Assembly (NCBI RefSeq): GCF_000372725.1
Contig: NW_005201613.1
Coordinates: 216,290 to 280,289, forward strand
Direction: 5' to 3'
Length of the DNA: 64,000 nucleotides
Source of the DNA: Emiliania huxleyi CCMP1516
Lineage: Eukaryota
The notes under the pieces were generated by a model. That model was not told the DNA's origin. It worked only from the letters and a program-made list of their open reading frames with translations, and did no database searches. The translations under genes were made by a program, and so were the position numbers. Within the stretch, counting starts at the first letter, position 1, and every line of letters starts with the position of its first letter. Positions 9,390 to 18,657 of this stretch are shown here, one piece after another.

Positions 9390-11690
9390 TCAAGCAATGC
9401 TACCGTCAGTACTACACAGCGGGGCGACCGCCCTCTCCAGGTAGGCTTGCCGCTCATTGGCAATCAAGCCGTACCATTCGTAGAATGGAACGCTGATCAC
9501 CCTCCAGCCAGCTGCCGTGAGGAGGCGCCGCTTGAGCAGCGTTGGCCCATTGGGTCTGCGCACGCCCCGGCCGTCGGGCAGCAAGAAGTGAGACGGGCCG
9601 TCCACCTCAACGCCGACGCGTGTCGAGGGCAGCGCCAGGTCGAGAGAGTAGCCGGTGCGCGGCTCGAGATGCTCCTCCTCGAAGCCGTGCTGGACGGCGG
9701 CGAGGGCAGCCGCGACGGAGCGCTGTAAGCGCGAGATCGTAACTTCAGTGCCTTGCATGGCGTCGCAGCAGAGCTTGCGCTGGGACGCGGAGAGGAGGTG
9801 CTGCTGCCCGTCTGCTCCTCGCTCAAGGGAGAGCCAGAGCTGCCACTGGTGCAGCTGACGGCGGTCCTCCTCGCTCCATATCGAGGGATCCCGCGCGAGC
9901 GAGTCGCTGATCACGCGCGAGCAGTCGGCAAGCAGCGCCTGGTGATAACAGTCTGCCGTCGCATACGCCCAGACCGTGTTGGACAGCTCCTGCGGCTTGA
10001 AGCCAGCCAGCCCGCTGCGCACCGCCGCCTCCGCCACCGCCGCGTACAGCGCGTCCGCTGCCACGCCCGCCGTCGCATACGCCCACACCGTGTTGGCCAG
10101 GGCCTGAGGGCTGAAGCCAGTCAGCCCGCCGCGCACCACTGCCTCCGCCACCGCCGCGTACAGCGCGTCCGCTGCCACGCCCGCCGTCGCATACGCCCAG
10201 ACCGTGTTGGACAGCGCCTGTGGAGTGAAGCCAGCCAGCCCGCCGCGCACCGCCGCCTCCACCACCGCCGCGTACAGCGCGTCCGCTGCCACGCCCGCCG
10301 TCGCATACGCCCACACCGTGTTGGCAAGGTTCTGAGCGTTGAAGCCAGTCAGCCCGCCACGCACCGCCGCCTCCGCCACGGCCGCGTACAGCGCGTCCGC
10401 AGCCACGCCCGCCGTCGCATACGCCCATACCGTGTTGGACAGGGCCTGAGGGTTGAAGCCAGTCAGCCCGCCGCGCACCACTGCCTCCGCCACCGCCGCG
10501 TACAGCGCGTCCGCTGCCATGCCCGCCGTCGCATACGCCCACACCGCGTTGGACAGCGCCTGTGGAGTGAAGCCATCCAGCCCGCCGCGAACCGACGCCT
10601 CCGCCACCGCCGCGTACAGCGCGTCCGCAGCCACGCCCGCCGTCGCATACGCCCACACCGTGTTGGCCAGATCCTGAGGGTTGAAGCCAGCCAGCCCGCT
10701 CCGCACCGCCGCCTCCGCCACCGCCGCGTACAGCGCGTCCGCAGCCACGCCCGCCGTCGCATACGCCCACACCGTGTTGGCCAGCTCCTGCGGCTTGAAG
10801 CCAGCCAGCCCGCTCCGCACCGCCGCCTCCGCCACCGCAGCGTACAGCGCGTCCGCAGCCATGCCCGCCGTCGCATACGCCCACACCGTGTTGGCCAGGT
10901 TCTGAGGGGTGAAGCCAGCCAGCCTGCTGCGCACCGCCGCCTCAGCCACCGCCGCGAACAGCGAGCGCACCACCCTTGCTTGCAGGCCGCACTTTGCAAC
11001 GCCGTGAGACACGTTAGCCAGCTCGCGTGCTCGGCACGAAGAAACCAGGTCGAGCGTGCGCTGCACCAGCTGCTCAAGCCGCTCCTCGTGCCGCCGCTCG
11101 ATGCGCTGCTTGCCCAGTTTGTTCCACAGGTTCGCAGCGTGGATGTGGTTCAAGCTCGTGCTGTGGGCAGCAAAGAGCGCGAGCAGTGCGTCAGCGCTGC
11201 CAGCCTGGGAGATGGATGCGGTCAATTTGAGAGGGTCGACCTGGCCACTACCGTCAGCACAGCGGCTAGACGAGGGTCGCTCATTGCGCATTAGTGCGTC
11301 GTGGCTCTGCCGCTCGTCATTGAGGATCGGCAGACCCATCCGGCGATTGCTGTGCTGATGAGGCTGCCACTGGTGCTGGTACTGGTCGCGCCGGCCATGG
11401 TCGAGCCTGGGATCGTGGTGCCAGTCATCATGCCGATTGCAATAGTCGCGCTCGCCTCTGCACCGACAATCGTCGTAGCCGCGCCGATCGTCCTGCCGCC
11501 CGTCACTATGCGGCCATTGTTCGCCTCGCCAATGCTTGTTGTGCCATCGCTCAGCGGGCCAACGCTCATCGCGCCATCTCAGCTCGCCCCGCCATTGCTG
11601 CTCGCCGCGTCTGCACACGTCGCGCCGTTGCTCTTCACGCCAGCGACGCTGCGGCTCGTCACGCCAGCGGAGCTCCTCGCTTCGGAACAT
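9390..11690 (-). CDS. Octatricopeptide (OPR)-type helical repeat protein with a C-terminal RAP domain (FASTK/OPR-RAP-like), intronless
   Basis: Nine 38-aa repeats FxPQxL[AS]NTVWAYATAG[MV]AADALYAAVAEAAVRxGLxG, then GYSLDLAL...VEVDGPSHF...TLLKRRLL..AGWRVISVPFYEW (RAP signature). First ATG at 11690; ORF open to 11762. Confidence 0.88.
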   Translation of the reverse strand: MFRSEELRWRDEPQRRWREEQRRDVCRRGEQQWRGELRWRDERWPAERWHNKHWRGEQWPHSDGRQDDRRGYDDCRCRGERDYCNRHDDWHHDPRLDHGRRDQYQHQWQPHQHSNRRMGLPILNDERQSHDALMRNERPSSSRCADGSGQVDPLKLTASISQAGSADALLALFAAHSTSLNHIHAANLWNKLGKQRIERRHEERLEQLVQRTLDLVSSCRARELANVSHGVAKCGLQARVVRSLFAAVAEAAVRSRLAGFTPQNLANTVWAYATAGMAADALYAAVAEAAVRSGLAGFKPQELANTVWAYATAGVAADALYAAVAEAAVRSGLAGFNPQDLANTVWAYATAGVAADALYAAVAEASVRGGLDGFTPQALSNAVWAYATAGMAADALYAAVAEAVVRGGLTGFNPQALSNTVWAYATAGVAADALYAAVAEAAVRGGLTGFNAQNLANTVWAYATAGVAADALYAAVVEAAVRGGLAGFTPQALSNTVWAYATAGVAADALYAAVAEAVVRGGLTGFSPQALANTVWAYATAGVAADALYAAVAEAAVRSGLAGFKPQELSNTVWAYATADCYHQALLADCSRVISDSLARDPSIWSEEDRRQLHQWQLWLSLERGADGQQHLLSASQRKLCCDAMQGTEVTISRLQRSVAAALAAVQHGFEEEHLEPRTGYSLDLALPSTRVGVEVDGPSHFLLPDGRGVRRPNGPTLLKRRLLTAAGWRVISVPFYEWYGLIANERQAYLERAVAPLCSTDGSIA
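9957..10925 (-). repeat. 114-bp coding tandem repeat (~8.5 units)
   Basis: TTGAAGCCAG recurs at 10681 and 10795 (114-bp period); units nearly identical at DNA level. Confidence 0.95.
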
Positions 11691-11726
11691 GCGCGGGAGG
11701 TCTTGTCCGAACGTAAAAGGAAAGGA

Positions 11727-11812
11727 AGAATTTAAACAAGACAACTCTCTCTCACAGCACACAGGCTCGACACAGGTGCGAACTGGCGCGTGCTAGTACT
11801 ATCACCGGCACA
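11727..11812 (+). repeat. Dispersed ~80-bp repeat; second copy at 34550-34637, related copies at 22783-22912 and 24058-24146
   Basis: ACAACTCTCTCTCACAGCA(C/G)ACAGGCTCGACACAGGTGCG(A/G)ACTGGC...GTGCTAG(T/C)ACTATCAC shared between 11741 and 34566. Confidence 0.8.
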
Positions 11813-12055
11813 CCACCGGAGCCGAAAAAGAAAAAGGCGGCGAAACGATTGGACCATGTGTGAAAGGACAGAAAACGTTCGGATCGCTCCTCATCGCAAA
11901 CCCTGTCAAGGATGATTTCCCCCTCGAAAATGCTGCGAAATGAGGCGTAAAATCAAGGGCCCGGAGGGTCTGACCACGAGTCTCTGGGGGGGTCCTCGGC
12001 CACGACCCCCCCCCTAGCATGTGGTGAAGGTGCTGGGGGGGGCGGGACCCCCCCC

Positions 12056-12643
12056 CTAGCATGTGGTGAAGCCTCTGGGGGGGTCGGACCCCTCCCCTAG
12101 CATGTGGTGTGAGCAGAAGCACGCCCCCCTCCCTGGAAGCGATGTGCGCCTGCTCTCGGGCTCAGAAGGGCTGGCGCCGCGCCCGCCCCGAGTCACCATC
12201 TCGACGCAAGGGGGGAGAGTCTGCGGGTCATTTGGAAGCGCAACCACTGACACGAGCTTGTACCCCCGCTTGGCCATCTCTGACGCAATCTCCTTCGTGT
12301 GCACCGCGTAGACGACGTCATTCGGGCCCTGAAAAAATTTCGTGCGGTCCCATGGCGGCCGTTCTTGAATGATCGGGCGCTTGTTGGCGCCGCCGCCCGT
12401 GTCCACCTCGACCATCAGACCGGCGCACTCCATATGCTGACTCCACGCAATTCGCGCGTTCTCGGCCTTGAAGTCCTCGATACGTTCGGGAATGAAAGTC
12501 GCAGTCATCACGCCGAACCGCTGCAGCAGTGCCACGATGCCCGCATCCTCGCCGAGCGGCGCCATGCTCTCCGGCACCTCACTCTGAATCTGAGCGTCGC
12601 GAGCAAACCTCGCGTCGGTCGGCGTGGCAGGCTCCTCCTCCAT
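12056..12643 (-). CDS. Hypothetical protein
   Basis: Protein-like part of ORF 12056-12865 from MEEEPATPTDARF...; no family recognised. Confidence 0.35.
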   Translation of the reverse strand: MEEEPATPTDARFARDAQIQSEVPESMAPLGEDAGIVALLQRFGVMTATFIPERIEDFKAENARIAWSQHMECAGLMVEVDTGGGANKRPIIQERPPWDRTKFFQGPNDVVYAVHTKEIASEMAKRGYKLVSVVALPNDPQTLPPCVEMVTRGGRGASPSEPESRRTSLPGRGACFCSHHMLGEGSDPPRGFTTC

Positions 12644-13634
12644 CGGTATGCGCCTCCCGTGATGCCGCCGTTTCCTCACTGGTGGTGACTGAGACGCGGG
12701 CGGGCTCCCGCCCTCGCCTCCCGGTCGCTGACGGCGGACCGCGGCCCCCCCACCAAAGCCTGATTGCAGCAACTGAGCTGCATCGACCCGCTCGGGTGAG
12801 GGGAGCAGCCCCGCGCCGCTCCCCCGGCCGCCGGTGGCCCTCCCCTGCCTCCTCTCCCCCCGCATGCCCTCGTATAACCGTACGCCAGACGGACGGACCG
12901 TACTTCCCCAGCCGGTGGTTCTGGCACGGGCCTGTTGGTTGTAGTACTATCTATTAGTAAACCCGGCGGTTTAGGTGTGTTTCTTGTTTTGCGTCGGGTT
13001 TCTTTTTTCGCCTCTAACGTTTGGAAGGAATAACAGGAATATTTTTTTCGCGTCAAATCCGCCATGGCCCATGTGGCGCCCGCCGACGCTCCGTTTGCGT
13101 TTTGGTGGCGTCCGCGGCGAGCCACGCCAGCAGGCGGCCGCGGCCACGCACGCGTCTGACCGCGCAAAGGTCCGCACGGCGAAGTTGAGGAGACTCTCTT
13201 GCACGCCTCGCAGCCGCCCGTCACAGCAAGGCCGACGCCACCTCCGCCATCTGACGCGATGTCCCAAAACGTCAGATCTGGCTCACCCAGGGCTGGACCT
13301 AGTCTCACGTCGGCCGGGGCACCACCCACTACGCACTAGCTGCATGATCACCTGAATAAGTAAGTCCGAGAACAAGTAACACCTGAATAAGTACGTACTC
13401 GTAACGTCCAAAACAAGGCCGCGACTGCCGTCCCCCGGGCCCCTACCCCGGCACCGCCGGGCTCGCCCGCCGGGCACGGGGAAGTTGCGAAGGGCAAGTG
13501 GAGTGCGGGAGGTACGACTGGGCCGGCGAGCGGGGGCGCGTGGCGCCCTTCATAGAACCTGTCCTTTTAGCTAGGACAAAACTCTTTTTAAAAGGACACA
13601 TGGGGCTATCCGACTGGCGCGCCGACTCACATAG

Positions 13635-15596
13635 TCACGGGTCGGATGATCTAGAAACACAGTCCAGAAGCGCATGCAGCCGGGAGCGGACCTCGACGAA
13701 TGAGAGCGTGCCCTTGACGAGAACAAGATCGACTTCGGCCATCGAGGCCAGCCGGGAGGAGTTCGCGAGCGACTCGCCCGACAAGATGCAGATGCGCCCG
13801 CGGTAGCCGCGCTGACGTAGCTGCACAGCGATCTCCGAGCCGCGGAACGTCTGCATGGGGCTTAAGTGCAAGTTTTCGTCCAAGATGATCAGGGCGACGT
13901 CTACGTCGCCGTCCGTCGCGACTGCAAGCAGCCGGTCGACGCTGGCCGCCCCATCCTCACCCAGAACCGCCGAGTCGGGATGGACGTCGAGGGCCTCCAG
14001 CACTGCGGCCAAATAGGCGCGCATGAAGGCGTCGTCGTCCAAGGCGAGGCAGCGGTGAGACGAGAGCGCGGCTGCTGCCGCGGATGCGGAGTCATCCGTC
14101 GAACGAGGAGGGCTCACGCCGGAGTCCGCACGAGGCGCCTGCGCACCTTCTAACACCGCTGCCTCTGCCTTGCACAAGGACGCAGGGACCACCATGTGTA
14201 GCCGAGTATGGTTGCGCGCCTCCGCGTCCGTGAAGGAGGAGAGTCGGGCGCTGCCGCCGACCGCATTGCACGCGCGCAAGATCGTGTCCAGCCCCAGGCC
14301 ATCAGACAAGAGCCGTCTCTGCCCATTGCTCCCGTCCGTCGCGACCCGCTTGGAGCCGCGGCCCATCAGGGACGTGCACTCGTCCGGAGAGAGGCAGCAC
14401 GTGCCCGGGCGGTCGAGCGAGTCCACGTACACGTGGAGCATGCGCGGCGCGGTGGCGGCGTTGGCGGCCGCCGAGGAGGCGGCGGGCGCATAGGGGCTGT
14501 CATCGAGTAGGTAGAGGCGGATGCGCGTAGGCTCGGACGGCTCGCTGTACTTGGCGATATTCGAGAAGGCCTCCTCCAAGCAGAGCATCAGAATGGACGG
14601 GTCGATCAGCAGCTCGGCGGGGCAGCTCGGGCTACGCGTGAGCTCAATGGCGCGGACCGCGGTGCCCTCCCGGGTCGGCCTGCCCGCGACGCGCGTGATG
14701 AGCTCGTCGAGGCTCGTCGGCACCGCCGCACTCACGTACAAACCGCTCTGCAGCTGCACGAAGAGCTCGCGCAGGTGGCACCACTCGGAGCACTGGTAGA
14801 GGATCGACGAGACCGTACGCAGCTGCGCCAGGATCTCGTCGGACTGGGCCGCAAACGGTGGCGCTTCGCCGGTGCGTTTTCGCAGCGTGTCTTCTAGCGT
14901 GTCTTCTATGCGCTTGGTGATGAAGGTGGCGGCACAGGCCTTGTTCTTGATGACGTGGTTGAGGCGCGAGTCGCCCACGCGCTCGGCCTCCGCGCGCTGG
15001 CGGAAGTGGAAGGAGTTGCGGCACTGACGCTCGAGCGCGGAGCCGAGGGTGATGGAGGCCGTCATGGTGATCAAGAGGCAGGTGAACTCTTGGACCTCCG
15101 AGGGCGTCGTGAAGGAGGGCATCAGGACGTTGACGCTGAGAGTGATCGCGTGGATGGCGTGCAGCCGCGCCGGCGTGAGGTAGATGGTGTGCAGCCATAG
15201 GAAAAACTCGGAGAAGAGCAGCCAGTAGTAGGAGCCGAGGGAGGGAATCGCCAGGAGGTGCTCTCGATACAACGAGGCGACGACGTTCGCGATTGATGGC
15301 GTGGTCGCGGCCACCCAGAAGGCGAAGTTGGCGCCGAGTTGGTGCGCCCGGTCGCGGTCCGCCATGAGCGATAGGTGGCGCCAGAAGATGCCGAGGGAAG
15401 CGGTGGAGCAGAGCGGGACGAGCATAAGCCAGACGGCTACGGGGCAACAGGCGATGACAAACACGGAGGAGACCGCCACTTGGCAGTGAATGGATTGCGC
15501 CAGTGCGTAGGACTCGTGGAAGGCGTACGCCCGGAACTCTACCCCCTCCTCGCCGCCAGTGTCGAAGAAATGCAGCAGCAGGCGCTCATATGACAT
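13635..15596 (-). CDS. Membrane-bound hybrid sensor histidine kinase / response regulator, intronless
   Basis: N-terminal hydrophobic segments; H-box RLNHVIKN; N-box EEAFSNIAKY; G2 SDGLGL; receiver LALDDD...LIILDENL...ILSG...K. Confidence 0.85.
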   Translation of the reverse strand: MSYERLLLHFFDTGGEEGVEFRAYAFHESYALAQSIHCQVAVSSVFVIACCPVAVWLMLVPLCSTASLGIFWRHLSLMADRDRAHQLGANFAFWVAATTPSIANVVASLYREHLLAIPSLGSYYWLLFSEFFLWLHTIYLTPARLHAIHAITLSVNVLMPSFTTPSEVQEFTCLLITMTASITLGSALERQCRNSFHFRQRAEAERVGDSRLNHVIKNKACAATFITKRIEDTLEDTLRKRTGEAPPFAAQSDEILAQLRTVSSILYQCSEWCHLRELFVQLQSGLYVSAAVPTSLDELITRVAGRPTREGTAVRAIELTRSPSCPAELLIDPSILMLCLEEAFSNIAKYSEPSEPTRIRLYLLDDSPYAPAASSAAANAATAPRMLHVYVDSLDRPGTCCLSPDECTSLMGRGSKRVATDGSNGQRRLLSDGLGLDTILRACNAVGGSARLSSFTDAEARNHTRLHMVVPASLCKAEAAVLEGAQAPRADSGVSPPRSTDDSASAAAAALSSHRCLALDDDAFMRAYLAAVLEALDVHPDSAVLGEDGAASVDRLLAVATDGDVDVALIILDENLHLSPMQTFRGSEIAVQLRQRGYRGRICILSGESLANSSRLASMAEVDLVLVKGTLSFVEVRSRLHALLDCVSRSSDP

Positions 15597-15673
15597 GACT
15601 GTTTATCTGGTAGTTTCCTTGATCTGTCGGGGATAATCACGGTTTATCTCTCATGAGGTTGGATATCAGCGTT

Positions 15674-15675
<2 letters not shown>

Positions 15676-15746
<71 letters not shown>
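15676..15746. repeat. (TC)n(TG)n compound microsatellite
   Basis: Direct reading. Confidence 0.95.
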
Positions 15747-15750
<4 letters not shown>

Positions 15751-16251
15751 AATAGATAGCTCCGCCGTTCATGGAGGCAACCGATGCGAACCAAAAACTT
15801 GCGAGTCGACTGGTGTGTGTCGTCGTGGTTTCGAGAGAGAGAGATTTTTAGCAATACCAAACAACTCTAACACTCACACGTAATTTGGGGCCTGGAGCCC
15901 TTATCAAGAATGAATACTTCCTAACGTAACATAACATCGGACGCTTCACCCTCAAGGCGTCGACCGCGCTCAACCACGTCGCCCGTGGCTGCGAGCCCTC
16001 GGTCACACGAGAGCCGCTCGAGGACGCACCACACAAGGGGCTGGGTGCGTGTCTAGAAGGCCACTGTGTCTAGAAGGCTGTGGTCGTCCCCTTGCCGACA
16101 CATAGAGCCGTAGCGACGACGCGCTGGCCAGCAAAGGCCTCGACCTTCGTCTTCTTGGGCAGCAGCTAGTCGAAGCTAGGTCTGCCGTCGCGGGCCGTGG
16201 CCCAGCTTGCCATCGTCACCATAGCCCCAGCTCCAGACACCGCCATCGGCT

Positions 16252-18239
16252 GTGGAGGGTGAGACTGTGCGAGCATCCAGCCGACACAGCGTGACCCGTG
16301 AGCGACGACACTCGACACAGGCAGCCCCGTGGCAGCAACAAGACGAGAAAAAGAAATCGCGTACCCTCTACAAGGGCGGCGAGGGCGGAGGCGGCGAGGG
16401 CGGAGGCGGCGAGAGTCGCCAGCGAGAGCGCGCGGCGTGGATCAGCAGCGAGTTGCCTTCATCCGCCATGGCCTGCCCGTGCCTCTCGTACCCGCGCACG
16501 CTGCGCGGCGTGCTGTCGCCCTCCGACCGGCGCCACCTGAGCCGCCTCTACCTCGAGCGCGTCCGCCCGACCGGCTCGCCGCTCATCTACTACCATCTTC
16601 TGACCCACCTCGCGAGGCACAAGGATGCGCGCGCCTGGGCCATCCTCGAGCGCGTCCGCCGGGTGGTTCGGCGCAGGTTTGGTGCCTCGTTCGTCGTGGT
16701 CAACGACTTCTTCTCGTACCGCGCCCGCGGCGTCGCCCTCTTCCAGGGGTGGCACCAGGACGGCGAGTTCTGGCTGACTGCCGACGGTTCGTCGGCGGCA
16801 TGCTCCGGCCTGAACCTCTGGATCCTGCTCGACCACCGAGGGATGAACCGCTCCCTTCCCTAGAAGCGGAAGACGTATTCTGGTAGTCCGACTAGCGCTC
16901 GAGAGGACACGCATTCGACCGTACATTCGGCCGTACTCGGCCGTACTCGCACCCCTCGTCTTCACGCGATGCTCTGAACACGCTGCACAAGACCGCACCC
17001 CTCATTTCGGCGTCTGCCCCACCATGTAGGCTCCTTTGACGTCCTCGACTCAACCACCGCCCGCCCTCTCTACTCGACGCTCTACGCGGCGGCGCGAAGG
17101 GGAAGCAACCTCCGGCGCGTCAACCGCTCCGCAGCCGCCGGCATCGCCGCCGCCGCCGCCGCCGGCGACGGCGTTCTCAACAGCGTCGAGTCGCTCTTTG
17201 GCTCCTCCGCCCCGGAGACAAACAAGCGCCTCCTCCGGCCGGCCGTCTTTGAGCGGCTCTCGCGCGTCTCCGGCACCGGGCGGCGGCCGTGGGTCAACGT
17301 GCCGCTCGAACCGGGCGACGCGCTCGTGCTGCGCCAGGCGCGCCGGACCCTCTCCAGCCGCTCCGACCCTCTCCAGCCGCTCCAGCCGCTCCAGAGGACG
17401 CCGCGCGCCTCTCCCCACCGTGCGCCTCTCCCCTCCGCACACGCCGTTGGTGCACACCTCGCGTGGCGCCAGCACCTCCTCCCCCAGGCCACCGCCGCGT
17501 CGCGCGAGCGGAGCCGCGACTCGAACTCGGATCTCCCCATATCTCCCCGTATCTCCCCAGATCTCGCAGCCGCGACTCAAACTCGACCTTGCAGCGCGAG
17601 CATCAGAGCGCACCCACCACGCTGCTGCTCGCTTTGCACCTCATCTGACTCACGGCGCTACGCCCTCCTGGCGTCCGTACCTGAGTCTCGCCTGTATCTC
17701 GGCCACGTCTCACCCTGCCCCCGCGGAAGGTGGAGCTGCACCGGACAGACGTCGAGGAGCCACCACCGGGCGACTGGAGGCTGGCAATCGGCTTCAAGGT
17801 GACGAGTCCCCTACCCCCACGGTACCCGAACCCAGCCACACGCCGGGTCGGCGAGATCTCGGCTATACCTCGGCGGTGCCTCGGCCTCCTCTCGGCCACA
17901 TGTCGGCGATCGGCCTGCAAGGTGATGCGCCGCCGCGCCATCCGCCGCCGGCACGACCAGTCCTCGCCCTTTGGGCACGACCTGTCCGTCATCGACGCTA
18001 TCACTCCGGAGCTGCTGCCCCGCTTCCGCGTCGGCGGCCCGCTCCCGCTGGTGTACAACCGGAGCTACGTCGACGCGTACGACGCGGCCAGGGTACGCGA
18101 CCTCTCCCTGCTCGTCCTGCTGGGCAGCGCCGCCGGCCGAGCGCCGCTGCTCTTCATCTTGCCGCTGTTTGCCGCCGTCCTTTGCTGGGCGGTGCTCCGC
18201 GAGCGGAGGGCGAGGGGCCCGCAGGGGCTGTCGGGGTAG
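16252..18239 (+). CDS. PhyH-like 2OG-Fe(II) dioxygenase, multi-exon, C-terminal hydrophobic segment; start uncertain
   Basis: GWHQDG...LNLWILLD; VPLEPGDALVLRQ; ELHRT...WRLAIGFKV in successive exons, i.e. the HxD...H...R pattern. Confidence 0.7.
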
Positions 18240-18657
18240 AGGGCATTGCCCCTTTTATTAGTAATTTAGAATTATTAAAGGAGAAACAGAACAAGATTTT
18301 AACGTGTTCCTTTGCTTTACCCAGCTCCCAGTCCCAGCTCCCAGGTCCCACAAGCCACATCTCCTAGTAGAGGTGTCCGTTTTCATTTACTTATGTAGAA
18401 CAAGATTTTTCACAATCGTGAGCCGACAGCTCCGTCATGGCCTGAGATGTCTGGGCTGTGCGTCAATTCAAAAAAAGAGCGCCACATCCGCCCGCTCGAG
18501 AGCTTGCGAGAGGCTCTACCGTTCACTACCGAACAGATATACTCGTACACGCACACCGACCATACCCAAGGCCAATATGGCGCGCATATCCGCTCATGAC
18601 GAAGTTGCATTCTTGCATGTAATGACCCGACCGGCTGCATGCACCTTCGTCCGCAGC

